DNA of 64,000 bases from Phycisphaerales bacterium (GTDB lineage: Bacteria; Planctomycetota; Phycisphaerae; WQYP01). The stretch spans positions 32,001 to 96,000 of the forward strand of contig DAIDJN010000084.1 of the NCBI GenBank assembly GCA_027451365.1, read 5' to 3'. The position numbers and the translations under genes are program-made. The notes beneath the pieces are model-generated. The model saw nothing but the letters and a program-made list of their open reading frames with translations. It did not search any database and had not been told where the DNA came from. How positions within the stretch are numbered: position 1 is the first letter of the stretch; every line of letters begins with the position of its first letter. Shown piece after piece: positions 22,717 through 33,245 of this stretch.

Positions 22717-23622
22717 TCAGGCTGCGCCGGATGCAGATGAGGCTGGTTCATCCGGGACCGCTTCCACGTCCACCGAAACATTCACCGTATGACCATGACC
22801 ACCGAGCACCACGCCGCGCAAGGGGGAAATGTCATGAAAATCGCGGCCATAGGCAATGGCGATATGCTGATCGCAAACGAATAAATTATTGGTTGGGTCC
22901 AGGTCCACCCAGCCGTAACCAGGAAGAAAAGTGGATACCCAGGCGTGGGAGGCATCCGCGCCGACAATTTTCGCCTGGCCCGGTGGGGGGATTGTCAGCA
23001 GGTATCCGCTGACATACCGGGCGGCCAGGCCAAAACTCCGGAAGCAGCCGATGGCCAGATGGGCAAAATCCTGGCAGACTCCATGCCGTTTCTCCAATAC
23101 CTGGTCAAGCGGTGTGGAAATTGTGGTGCTGGTGGTATCGAAAGTGAACTGTTCATAAATTCGTCGCATCAGGTCGCGGGCGGCTCGCAGTAGGGTGTTT
23201 TCCGGATGGAAAGATTCCCGTGCAAAGGCCAGCAGATCCGCTGTCAGCGGAATCGCCGGGGAAGGCAGCGTAAACCCGAAGGGTTCCGCCAACTGACCGC
23301 GCCGCTGATGCAGCATATCCGTAATGGCCTGCCAGGGCATTTCCGGCATGCTTTCCGGCGGGGCGGCGGGTATGACGTCCACCAGACCGCGCGCCGTTAC
23401 GGCCAGACTTTCATGTGACTTTTGAATAGCAAAATAAAGAACGGGATTGCCGAAGTAATCATAACGTCGGGTTTGGACGGCGGGGGCCGGGTCAATCACC
23501 AACTCGTGGTAAAGCCACGACTGCCGCGGATAATCCCTTGGCAGAAGATGCGCCATATTGTGACAAATGGAGACAGGTTCCGTGTATTGATAGCCAGTAT
23601 TGTGCAATATCTGGTATTTCAC
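22717..23622 (-). CDS. Bacterial transglutaminase-family protein
   Basis: N-terminal HxTxYxY domain; Cys-His-Asp triad in GVCQDFAH, SHAW, DLDPTN. Confidence 0.92.
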   Translation of the reverse strand: MKYQILHNTGYQYTEPVSICHNMAHLLPRDYPRQSWLYHELVIDPAPAVQTRRYDYFGNPVLYFAIQKSHESLAVTARGLVDVIPAAPPESMPEMPWQAITDMLHQRRGQLAEPFGFTLPSPAIPLTADLLAFARESFHPENTLLRAARDLMRRIYEQFTFDTTSTTISTPLDQVLEKRHGVCQDFAHLAIGCFRSFGLAARYVSGYLLTIPPPGQAKIVGADASHAWVSTFLPGYGWVDLDPTNNLFVCDQHIAIAYGRDFHDISPLRGVVLGGHGHTVNVSVDVEAVPDEPASSASGAA

Positions 23623-26207
23623 AGGTTGTTCACCGCCGGCAATGAGCCTAATTGGTATGACACGTTGGTGTGCGACAGATATCCACGGCTGATCGCATCG
23701 GAAAGCGCTTCAAGATGTTCGATGATTCCTTTTACCAGTTCATCAAGCTGATCGCGGCGACCATCGGCCTGCGGCTTGCAGGCAGCCTGCACGTCGGCCA
23801 GCCGCACGCCGGTTAAGGCTCGGAGAATAATTTTCTGTTCCGGTGTTGCGTGTGGTCGGTCCACCGAACGCGGAAGACTTGCAATATGTTCAGTCAGCCG
23901 CGCAAGCTGGAATCCCACGGAACGCGGATTTCCTTCATCCAGCAGCAGAAGATCAAGAACAGCGGCGGCTTGAAGATTCGTTAAATACCGTCGCCGATAA
24001 GTCATGGAACTGTCGGCGATTTCCAGAATGGCTTCCAGAATCAGGTTTTCATCATCGCAAACGCGATCCATTGTGCCGCGCAATAGAAGCATGGTATGAA
24101 GCGCACGTTCCAAACGGCGGCCCATATCCAGAAACCGCCAGGCGTGACCATGAGTCATGCTTTCAGAGGCGAATCCGCCAAACGCCGCAAAGTGAACAAT
24201 CAGTTGATCCAGGTCGGCCAGAATGTCATTTAACTGCCAGGCCGAATCGCCCTGCGTTGCCCCCGGTCGAGGTTGGTCCAGACTGCTGATGACCCGCCAG
24301 GTATCAATGCTCAGGCGGTCGCGCAGAACCCCACCAAGCCGTTGGGTCGCGGTAAGGGTCGGGTACAGGCTTCCCGGCTGGTTGGCATCGTACAGAATCG
24401 ATTCTATCGTGGCCGGAGTCAATGGCCCCCGTTGCGATGAAACACCCAGTGGTGCCACCGGTGTACCGGCGGCGGCGTGTGACTGGCCGATCGCCACCGA
24501 AAGCAGGATGGGAATTTCCGAACTGGTCTTCCCGACAGCCTGACTCGCAGCGCGAAGCAGAATGCCGCGCATCAGGCGGGTAAGCCCTTCGGCGCGTTCC
24601 ATATATCGGCCAAGCCAGAAAAGATTATCCGCTGATCGGCTGGATAAATCGTTTCCGCCGCGGTTAATTGTCACGTTCTGGCCGGTGGGGGGCAAAAGTG
24701 AAAGATTGTCAACCGGGCCGTCGGCGATTACCCAGGTATCTTTGGAGCCGCCACCCTCCTGCATCGACACCACGAGTGTTTCCGATGAAGCGGAAAAACG
24801 CGTCAACCCGCCGGGCATGACGGCATACGAATCCGCCCTGGATGCGACAAGATGAACGCGCATCTGCATGTGCCGCGGCTCAAACCCGTTCTCCGTCAGC
24901 ACTGGTGTGGTGGCAAGCGTCAATTGTTCCTGGGCCACAAACAACTGCGGATTGCGGCGAATTTCCGCCAGCATGTCCGCGCGCTGTGCTGTAGAAAGAT
25001 TCTGCATGAAAACCGGATTAACGCCGCGCCGGGGAAAGGTCTGCTTGATAACAAGGTCTTCCGGATGGTCCAGCACATAGGAAAGTGAGGCCGGATCGCC
25101 GCACCACCAGCTGGCCGCACTGGGCAAAAGCATATCCTGGTCCAGCAGCCGCCGACACAAAGTCGGAAGAAATGGCGCAAGAGCGGGCGTTTGGGCAAGC
25201 CCGGTTCCCAGCGCGTTGATAACGGATACCGTACCGGCGTGAACCGCCTGTACCAGCCCGGCCACACCAAGAAAGCTGTCGGCTCTAAGTTCAAGAGGAT
25301 CACAAAAATCGTCATCTAAACGGCGCAGGATAACATCCACCGGCTCAAGCCCGGCAAGTGTTTTCAAATAAACCTGGGAATCGCGCACGGTTAAATCGCC
25401 ACCTTCCACCAACGTGTAGCCCAGGTAGCGGGCCAGATAGGAATGCTCAAAATATGTTTCGCTGTAGGGGCCGGGGGTCAGAACAACCACGCGCGGATTG
25501 TCCTTGTTTCGTGGTGCCGCGTTGATCAGCGTTTCACGGAAAGTCAGGAAGAATTGTGCCAGTCTGCGAACATTGCAATCGCGAAAAATATCCGGCAACG
25601 CCCGTGAAAGCACAATCCGATTTTCCAGTGCATAACCCACCCCGGCTGGAGTCTGCGTGCGGTCGCTCATAACAAAAAATGTTCCGTTGGGCGAACGCGC
25701 CAGATCGACGGCATGTTGATAAAGCCAGCGGTTGTTCGGCAGACGCGCGCCATGACATGGCCGCAGAAAATATGGATGTGTCAGAATAAGTTCCGGGGGT
25801 AACAGGCCTTCCTGAATCAGGCGCTGCGGACCATAGCAGTCGGCAATAATGCGGTCAAGCAGGCAGGCCCGTTGAATAAGTCCCCTCTCCAGAAAGCTCC
25901 ATTGGGTGGAATCCAGCAGCAGGGGAATCGGGTCGAGCTGCCAGGGCCGGTCCATTCCCTTCGGATCGCCATACACATTATAGGTGACGCCGTTGTCATG
26001 TATCAGTTGGCGGGCCTGATTCCACCGGCGCTGAATTTCCCCGGCCCCAAGTTCATTAATCTGGTTGATGAACATGAACCAGTGGGAGCGCAAAGCTCCA
26101 CCCGATTCAAACATTTCGTCATATGCTCCAGGATTGGAAACATAGTTCCCGCATAATCCGCCGGGCCGCTCCGAACCCTTCGCAGTTATTGTATCTGAAT
26201 CGCTCAT
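23619..26207 (-). CDS. Circularly permuted type 2 ATP-grasp protein fused to alpha-E domain
   Basis: RPWQLDPIP, GYALENR, ETYFEHSYLARYLG, VMPGGLTR, GGGSKDTWV, then LFWLGRYMERAE and MGRRLER. Confidence 0.92.
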   Translation of the reverse strand: MSDSDTITAKGSERPGGLCGNYVSNPGAYDEMFESGGALRSHWFMFINQINELGAGEIQRRWNQARQLIHDNGVTYNVYGDPKGMDRPWQLDPIPLLLDSTQWSFLERGLIQRACLLDRIIADCYGPQRLIQEGLLPPELILTHPYFLRPCHGARLPNNRWLYQHAVDLARSPNGTFFVMSDRTQTPAGVGYALENRIVLSRALPDIFRDCNVRRLAQFFLTFRETLINAAPRNKDNPRVVVLTPGPYSETYFEHSYLARYLGYTLVEGGDLTVRDSQVYLKTLAGLEPVDVILRRLDDDFCDPLELRADSFLGVAGLVQAVHAGTVSVINALGTGLAQTPALAPFLPTLCRRLLDQDMLLPSAASWWCGDPASLSYVLDHPEDLVIKQTFPRRGVNPVFMQNLSTAQRADMLAEIRRNPQLFVAQEQLTLATTPVLTENGFEPRHMQMRVHLVASRADSYAVMPGGLTRFSASSETLVVSMQEGGGSKDTWVIADGPVDNLSLLPPTGQNVTINRGGNDLSSRSADNLFWLGRYMERAEGLTRLMRGILLRAASQAVGKTSSEIPILLSVAIGQSHAAAGTPVAPLGVSSQRGPLTPATIESILYDANQPGSLYPTLTATQRLGGVLRDRLSIDTWRVISSLDQPRPGATQGDSAWQLNDILADLDQLIVHFAAFGGFASESMTHGHAWRFLDMGRRLERALHTMLLLRGTMDRVCDDENLILEAILEIADSSMTYRRRYLTNLQAAAVLDLLLLDEGNPRSVGFQLARLTEHIASLPRSVDRPHATPEQKIILRALTGVRLADVQAACKPQADGRRDQLDELVKGIIEHLEALSDAISRGYLSHTNVSYQLGSLPAVNNL

Positions 26208-26367
26208 GCGCTCTGGTACCAGACCTTCCCAGGAAAAAAATCCTTGGCGATTTCTCGCCTGCACCTAATGTACCCGTTTGTCCCTGATTTCCAAACCTCC
26301 AGACCAATGAGAATCGGCCAGCGCCGGAATACCCACCTGGCACGACCGCCACCCATGGTGGGATGAA

Positions 26368-29300
26368 TCATCCTGCCACCTGTCGCAAATCGAGCGTAAG
26401 CGGAAAATCAGCTGAAATTTGCGGCGGGGGGGGATTCATGGGGCGCTGCGTATGACCATGATTGAAAAACCGCGCTATCCGCCGGCTTTCAGCCTCCAAC
26501 GCGTTAACTGGAAACGAAGTATAATTTCGACCGGCAGGATGTGACACATAGTAACTGCATCCGCCCACAGACCGCCCATTCCACCGGTCCACCAGATCGA
26601 ATACCAGCGGCGTATGCACGGGTATTGTCGGATGCAGCGCCTCTGACGGTGTCCACGCTTTATAGCGCACGCCTGCCACATATTGGCCGCGGGTTCCGGT
26701 ATTCCGCAAGGGCAGAGAGTGACCATTGCAAGTGATCACATGCCGCGGATCGGTCATGCCATTGACCAGTATCTGCACACGTTCCAGCGAGGAATCCACA
26801 TACCGAACGGTGCCTCCGGCTGCACCCTGTTCACCCAGGACATACCATGGTTCAATGGCCTGCCGCAGTTCCATTTCAACGCCGCGACGGTTGATTGTGC
26901 CAATATGGGGAAAGCGAAATTCGTAATGGGTATCAAACCAGTCGGTGGAAAAGGAAAATCCGTTCTGTTTAAGGTCCGCAAGAACATCGGCGAAATCTTC
27001 TCGGACAAAATGGCCAAGCATGAATTTATCGTGAAGTTCCGTGCCCCATTTGACCAGCGGCATGTCATACGGATTCTTCCAGAAAGCCGCCAGCAGACCA
27101 CGTAAAAGCAACTGCTGTGTCAGGCTCATGCGCGCGTGGGGGGGCATTTCAAAACCGCGGAATTCCACCAGCCCCAGCCGACCTGAAGACGAATCCGGCG
27201 AATAGAGCTTGTCGATGCAGAACTCGGCCCGGTGCGTGTTTCCGGTGGAATCCACAAGAAGGTTGCGGAAAATGCGGTCCACCAGCCAGGGTGCCGGCTG
27301 CGGTGAATGACAATCTGGAACCTGTTTAAACGCAGTTTGAATTTCCGAAATAAGGTCGGGCCGGCCTTCATCAGCCCGCGGGGCCTGACTGGTTGGCCCG
27401 ACAAAAAGCCCGGAAAACAGATAGCTTAAACTCGGATGGTTATTCCAGTAACCGACCAGACTTTTGAGCAGGTCCGGACGCCGGAGAAACGGACTGTCCG
27501 ACGGAACCGCCGCACCCACAACAATATGGTTTCCACCACCAGTGCCTGTGTGGCGGCCATCCAATTGGAATTTATCAGTCCCCAGCCGCGAGGCCCTCGC
27601 TTCTTCGTATAATGCGGTGGTGTTTTGCACCAGTTGCCGCCAGTTATGTGCCGGATGAATATTCACCTCAATTACGCCGGGATCGGGCGTTATTTTAATT
27701 TGTTCCATTCGCGGGTCGGCGGGCGGGGGGTAACCTTCGATGCGCACTGGCGTTTCCATCGCCGCGGCGGTGGCCTCAATTCGCGCCACAAGGTCCAGAT
27801 AATCTTCAAGATAGCGCGTCGGCGGCATGAATATATGCAGAATTCCGCCGCGTGCTTCCGCACACAGCGCCGTGCGGATAATCCATGGGGCACTTTGCTG
27901 CAATTGAACCGGACGGGTCGGATCATTGACCGGGTCCGGGCGATTTTCGTCGGGTCTAAGCGGCCGCATCCGCCGACCAGCACCCGCGCCGATGGCAAAT
28001 TCCGTCTGTTGATGGCGAATCCACTGCGCATTGGGCGCGGTGGCGTCATCGGGTGCTTCAGCCGTTTTGGTGAAATATTTTTGCGTGCGGAAATCCGGCA
28101 GAGACTTCCGTGGTTCCCACATATCCTGTTCATGGGTAAATGGTAAATCTCCGGCGGCAACCCAAGGCAGGCTGTCCAGCGGCAAACGAAGCCCCATCGG
28201 CGAGTCGCCGGGAATCAGGTACATCCGTTCTGGACGAAAGAACCATTCGCCCGATTCCCACTTGCCCGCTCCACCCCAGTTGGTCGGCCGCAGCGGCAGG
28301 GCATAGCCGACAATTCTTGAAAGGCCCTGTTCAAAAACTTTGGCCAGACGCTTTCGATCATCTTCGTTTTCCAGCTTGCTTTGCAACGGATCGACATTGG
28401 TGGGAAGTCGCCGCTCCTTCCAAAGATAATACCAGACATCCTCATACGCGGGCATCGCGTATTTGGCATTAACGTCCAGAGCCTCGCACAGTTTTGCCAC
28501 GAATTTGCCCGCAGTGCGATAGTCCGCTTCCGGTTGAGAGCCTTCCTCGGCAACAAGTGCCGGATTGGTCCAGACAGGAACATTATCCTTTCGCCAATAG
28601 CAGCCGAAGGCATAACGGGGCAGGCTTTCTCCGGGATACCATTTGCCTTGGCCGAAATGCAGCAGCGCGCCAGGAGAAAATCGGTCGCGCAGGCGTTTAA
28701 GCAGAACACCGGAAAGACGACGCTTTTCCGGACCAACCGCTAAAGTGTTCCATTCTGGTCCGTCCATGTCATCCACGGATATAAAAGTCGGTTCGCCGCC
28801 CATCGACAGGCGCATATCCTGCTGCTGCAGTACATCGTCAATCTTATCGCCCAGCGCATCAATCGCGATCCATTGCTCCTCGGTGTACGGCTTGGTGACG
28901 CGTGGGTCTTCATGCAGCCGGGTTACGGACATTTCAACGCTAAACGTGTCTTTTCCATCCTCCTTGCCAAGCCACGCGAAACCGCCAAAGATGGGGGCCG
29001 CGTTGCCGGGTTCAGCGGTCGCCGCCAGGGGTATATGACCTTCGCCGCACATGAGCCCGCTGGTGGAATCCAATCCGACCCATCCGGCCCCAGGCAGAAA
29101 AATTTCCGTCCAGGCGTGAAGGTCCGTCACGTCTTTGCTTACGCCAGCGGGGCCATCAAGTGGCTTGACGTCGGCAACAAGCTGAATGGAATATCCGGAA
29201 ACAAAACGCGCTGCCAACCCGAGGCTGCGGGCCGCCTGTACCATAAGCCATGTAAAGTCGCGGCAGCTTCCGTGTGCTTTTTCCAGGGTCTCTTCGGGCG

Positions 29301-29814
29301 TCTGTACGCCCGGTTCCATGCGAATGTCATATTTTAAGGTTCGCTGCACCATTTGATTTAAATCGACAAGTACGTCCACCGTTCGACGCCTTTCACGTAG
29401 ATGCGCGGTGCGGAATTCATGCATAAAACGTTTGAAATGCGGAGTTTCCGGAAGCTTTTCCAGGTAGGGCGTCAGTTCCCTGGCCTGCTCGTCATGGTAA
29501 ACAAACGGGTAATGCTCGGCGTACGCATCAATAAAGAAGTCAAATGGGTTTATGACCGTCATCTCCGCCACAAGGTTTACCGATATTTCCAGGTGATCCG
29601 CCGGCTCAGGAAATACCAGTCGAGCGACATAATTGGAATAAGGGTCCTGCTGCCAGTTAATAAAATGGCGTGCGGGCGTGACCTTCAGCGAATAGGCCGA
29701 AATAGGGGTGCGGCAATGCGGTGCCGGGCGAAGCCGCACGATCTGGGGGGTAAATTGCACCAGTTGGTCGTAAGAATAACGGGTTTTGTGCGAAAGCGAG
29801 ACGCGGATAGCCAT
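26368..29814 (-). CDS. Transglutaminase domain plus DUF2126 putative amidoligase fusion
   Basis: GSCRDF, LHAW, GLDSTSG triad; MGGEPTF, TPDPGVIEVNIHP, GTGGGNH, GNTHRAEFCIDKL. Confidence 0.9.
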   Translation of the reverse strand: MAIRVSLSHKTRYSYDQLVQFTPQIVRLRPAPHCRTPISAYSLKVTPARHFINWQQDPYSNYVARLVFPEPADHLEISVNLVAEMTVINPFDFFIDAYAEHYPFVYHDEQARELTPYLEKLPETPHFKRFMHEFRTAHLRERRRTVDVLVDLNQMVQRTLKYDIRMEPGVQTPEETLEKAHGSCRDFTWLMVQAARSLGLAARFVSGYSIQLVADVKPLDGPAGVSKDVTDLHAWTEIFLPGAGWVGLDSTSGLMCGEGHIPLAATAEPGNAAPIFGGFAWLGKEDGKDTFSVEMSVTRLHEDPRVTKPYTEEQWIAIDALGDKIDDVLQQQDMRLSMGGEPTFISVDDMDGPEWNTLAVGPEKRRLSGVLLKRLRDRFSPGALLHFGQGKWYPGESLPRYAFGCYWRKDNVPVWTNPALVAEEGSQPEADYRTAGKFVAKLCEALDVNAKYAMPAYEDVWYYLWKERRLPTNVDPLQSKLENEDDRKRLAKVFEQGLSRIVGYALPLRPTNWGGAGKWESGEWFFRPERMYLIPGDSPMGLRLPLDSLPWVAAGDLPFTHEQDMWEPRKSLPDFRTQKYFTKTAEAPDDATAPNAQWIRHQQTEFAIGAGAGRRMRPLRPDENRPDPVNDPTRPVQLQQSAPWIIRTALCAEARGGILHIFMPPTRYLEDYLDLVARIEATAAAMETPVRIEGYPPPADPRMEQIKITPDPGVIEVNIHPAHNWRQLVQNTTALYEEARASRLGTDKFQLDGRHTGTGGGNHIVVGAAVPSDSPFLRRPDLLKSLVGYWNNHPSLSYLFSGLFVGPTSQAPRADEGRPDLISEIQTAFKQVPDCHSPQPAPWLVDRIFRNLLVDSTGNTHRAEFCIDKLYSPDSSSGRLGLVEFRGFEMPPHARMSLTQQLLLRGLLAAFWKNPYDMPLVKWGTELHDKFMLGHFVREDFADVLADLKQNGFSFSTDWFDTHYEFRFPHIGTINRRGVEMELRQAIEPWYVLGEQGAAGGTVRYVDSSLERVQILVNGMTDPRHVITCNGHSLPLRNTGTRGQYVAGVRYKAWTPSEALHPTIPVHTPLVFDLVDRWNGRSVGGCSYYVSHPAGRNYTSFPVNALEAESRRIARFFNHGHTQRPMNPPPPQISADFPLTLDLRQVAG

Positions 29815-30223
29815 GCGGAATAGAACTCCAAATGCGGCCAAAAACCCTCGTTTTGCACCGCATGAACCTTGTACTACCGCCAAACCCCTGGTTTTCCGAC
29901 GGCTCGTTGTATCCTCGTTCCGCGACACACGAGTATAGGGCTATTTGGAAAATAATTCGAGTCCGAAGAATTCAGGAGTCTAAATGGACTGTCGGCATTC
30001 AGGCCCAGTATCTCACGGTTAAGTTGGACGAGCCAATTAAGTCTCGGCTATCATGCGCGGCATTTGTGGTTGACGCCGGTCGTTGACTTTGTATTGAAAG
30101 AATAATGAGTTGCTGCCGACAAGACCGATAAACATTGCATCACGCAGGGCTTAAATCCGATAACAGGCCACCTGCAGTGCCGGCCCACCGGATTTCAACA
30201 AATGGCGAATGACTGGAGCATTC

Positions 30224-31207
30224 ATGAAACAACGTTACCTTATAACTGGCGGAGCTGGCTTCATTGGCAGCCATCTGGCCGGATTGCTGCTGGAACGCGG
30301 GCAAAGTGTCTACGTGCTGGATGACGAGTCAACCGGTTCGCCGGATAATATCGCCCATTTGCGGAACCATCCGGATTTTCATTATGTTCGCGGATCTATC
30401 ACCGACGATGAAGTCCTGGCCAAACTCATGGGAACGTGCCATCTGGTTGCCCATCTGGCGGCCGCGGTGGGGGTGCAATACATTTTGGATAACCCTCTAA
30501 GCAGTATTATGACCAATGTTGCCGGTACCGAGCGGGTGCTGCATTATTGCGCCCGGTTTGAAAAGCCGGTTTTTCTGGCCAGCAGCAGCGAAGTATATGG
30601 TTTACAGACCAAGGCCCCCTTGCGCGAGGATGATTCCTGTGTCATGGGACCGACCTCCGTCAGCCGCTGGTCTTACGCATGCTGCAAAGCGCTGGATGAA
30701 TTTATGGCGCTGGCATATCACCATAAAAAGAGTTTTCCAGCCGTGATAGCCAGACTTTTTAATACAGTTGGCCCGCGGCAGTCGCCAGCTTATGGAATGG
30801 TGGTTCCACGTCTGGTGGATCAGGCGTTGGCTGGCCGGCCGATGACTGTGTATGGCGATGGCCAGCAGACGCGGACGTTTACGCATGTCTCGAACGTGGT
30901 AGAGGCAATTTATCGACTGCTGTCAACTCCGGCGACCTGGGGTCAGGTTTATAACATTGGCGGCGTGGAAGAGATTTCGATACTGTCGCTTGCGCAGCGG
31001 ATCAAAAGCATAACAAAAAGCCAATCTGAAATATGCCTCATTCCGTACTCAGATGCTTTTAGCCCAAATTTCCAAGATATGCCACGTCGCGTTCCTGATG
31101 TGACCAAGCTGGAGAAAGCGATTGGTTACAAGCCGGAGATCGGGCTGGAAGCTATCATCGAAGATGTAGTCGCCGACCGACGATCGCGGTGTTCGGCTGC
31201 GAAGTGA
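30224..31207 (+). CDS. NAD-dependent nucleotide-sugar epimerase/dehydratase
   Basis: TGGAGFIG, ASSSEVYG, YACCK, RLFNTVGPRQ, GDGQQTR. Confidence 0.92.
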   Translation: MKQRYLITGGAGFIGSHLAGLLLERGQSVYVLDDESTGSPDNIAHLRNHPDFHYVRGSITDDEVLAKLMGTCHLVAHLAAAVGVQYILDNPLSSIMTNVAGTERVLHYCARFEKPVFLASSSEVYGLQTKAPLREDDSCVMGPTSVSRWSYACCKALDEFMALAYHHKKSFPAVIARLFNTVGPRQSPAYGMVVPRLVDQALAGRPMTVYGDGQQTRTFTHVSNVVEAIYRLLSTPATWGQVYNIGGVEEISILSLAQRIKSITKSQSEICLIPYSDAFSPNFQDMPRRVPDVTKLEKAIGYKPEIGLEAIIEDVVADRRSRCSAAK

Positions 31208-31275
31208 TATGCTTCAAGCATTCGTGTTGGCTGGCTTTAAGGCCATCTTAAATGGCTGGTTTTAGCCCCCTATTA

Positions 31276-31303
31276 ACGTCCTATAATGAATGTTATGTTA
31301 AAT
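31276..31303 (+). other. dif: dif-like XerC/XerD recombination site
   Basis: ACGTCCTATAA-TGAATG-TTATGTTAAAT in an AT-rich intergenic region. 11-6-11 layout; the right arm equals the canonical XerD arm TTATGTTAAAT. Confidence 0.85.
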
Positions 31304-31775
31304 TGATCTATTTTATACCATATTGCGAATTAGCCCCTTTGCGGCCTCTTGTTTTTATATCTACAGAGTCTACTTATCTGGCCACAGACTTGCCGACAAT
31401 TCCGCTAACTGCGGGCTGATTCTCATCCCCGCAGGCAGACAGCCTGATTCGTCGACTTGGGTTATCTATTTTCGTGCGGACTGCTGATGGGAATCGGCAA
31501 TCCAATCTATCATCGCGATGGTCGACGCGGAAGGCTTAAATTCAGAAGGTTTGCATTTGTTCGCGACTGACCTTACCATTCAAACCACGCTTACCGCAAA
31601 TAGGCGTTGCGTCGCGAGGTACCGGTATTCAATGTACCAGGCGTTGGTCGCGATGGAATAGCTCGAAATTTTCCGCTCATACACGCGGGTTTTTCCGTTC
31701 CATCAGAACCTGAAAGATAAGAGTTTTTTACTTTGCCGGCACCCGACGCGCCCGGCGGTTTTTTGGAGATTTCTC

Positions 31776-33191
31776 ATGGCGGAAAATGCATTGGCCCAGC
31801 AGGAAGACGTGATTATTGCCACCGAACTTGAATCGCTAAGTTCTGTAACCAAAAAAGTCCAAGTGACTGTTCCTGTTGAAACGATCAATCAGAAAACCCG
31901 TGAAACCATGACCCAGATCCGAAAAGACGTGGTCATTCCGGGCTTTCGCCGGGGCCGCGTACCCAACCGTGTTCTGGAGAAGAAACTCGGTGGCGGCCTG
32001 AATGACGAAGTTCGCAACCACCTTGTTGAAGCCGCACTGCGGCAAGCCATATCTAAGTATGAACTTAAGGTTGTAGGGCAGCCGAGGACGTCGCCCCCGA
32101 TTCCGGAATTACCGGCCAATGGCCCCATGGAATTCAGTATTGAACTTGAAGTGGCACCTGAATTCCCTCTTCCGGATCTCGCCTCTTTTGAGATTTTTGA
32201 ACCCCAGTTGACCGCCAATGATGAGCGCTTTAATGCCGCCCTGGGCCACTTGCAAAAAAGCCTTGGCACTTGGGAAAATGTGTCCGGTGGCACCGCGGCC
32301 GCCGAGGACCGGTTGACCGTTGACGTTAATATTACGACTGAAGATGGCACTGTCATTGTGGATCAGAAAGACGCGACGATTCCAGTCGCCGCCGGTTCCA
32401 TGGCGGGCGTTCAATTTGATGATCTGGGCGAAAAATTGACCGGTCTGAGCGTCGGTGATTCAACAACGCTCGAAAAAATTGTTCCAGATACCCACCGCCG
32501 GGAAGACCTTCGCGGTCGGAAGTTTATTGTGAAACTGAATTTAAAGGCGATTTCACGTTTGAACGTTCCGGAGTTGACGGATGAACTCGCAATAGCAAAT
32601 GGTTTTGATAATTTGGCGGAACTGCGTGAATCCATGCGTTCCGCCTTGGAAAGCCGCATCCGGACTGATACCCAACAGGCCAAGCGCAACCAGTTGGTTC
32701 GCAAGCTTGTAGATGCGATTCAGATTGACCTGCCGCCCCGGCTGACCCAACGCATGAATCTCGAAGTTTTCCGCCGTGAGGCTACCGACCTGATTAATCG
32801 CGGTGTGCCGGTGCCCAATATTGAAAAAGCAGTCTCCACTTTGCAGGATTTTTCTCACCAGGAAGCGGAGTTTGAACTGCGGCAGATGTTTATCCTTTCC
32901 AGGCTGGCGATTCAGTTTGACGAATCGGTTTCCGACCAAGAAGTTAATGCGGCCATCACACAGACCGCCCTACTCAATGGCGAACGACCTGAAGTCGTGC
33001 GCCGACAAATGGAAAAAATGGGCCAGCTCGAACAGGTGGCCCAACGGGTTCTGGAACACAAAGTTCTGGATCGGGCACTTCTTCAGTGCAAGGTTACTCC
33101 GGTTGATGAAGCCACATGGAAGCAGCATCTGACTTCCAACCAGAATGCCGGCCAGATTGCGGCAACCCCGGCGGCAGCGGATGCCACCTGA
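31776..33191 (+). CDS. tig: Trigger factor
   Basis: IPGFRRGRVP ribosome-binding motif, FKBP-like middle, helical C-domain; GGAG SD. Confidence 0.92.
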   Translation: MAENALAQQEDVIIATELESLSSVTKKVQVTVPVETINQKTRETMTQIRKDVVIPGFRRGRVPNRVLEKKLGGGLNDEVRNHLVEAALRQAISKYELKVVGQPRTSPPIPELPANGPMEFSIELEVAPEFPLPDLASFEIFEPQLTANDERFNAALGHLQKSLGTWENVSGGTAAAEDRLTVDVNITTEDGTVIVDQKDATIPVAAGSMAGVQFDDLGEKLTGLSVGDSTTLEKIVPDTHRREDLRGRKFIVKLNLKAISRLNVPELTDELAIANGFDNLAELRESMRSALESRIRTDTQQAKRNQLVRKLVDAIQIDLPPRLTQRMNLEVFRREATDLINRGVPVPNIEKAVSTLQDFSHQEAEFELRQMFILSRLAIQFDESVSDQEVNAAITQTALLNGERPEVVRRQMEKMGQLEQVAQRVLEHKVLDRALLQCKVTPVDEATWKQHLTSNQNAGQIAATPAAADAT

Positions 33192-33245
33192 AACGGCGCA
33201 TCGGCGTAAATCACGGGATGATGGCCTGGCGCAAAGAGATGCGGC

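Noticed and set aside
31208..31775. Intergenic gap as oriC or a structured RNA gene
   Set aside because: No DnaA-box cluster or recognisable RNA family; only the dif-like site is supported.
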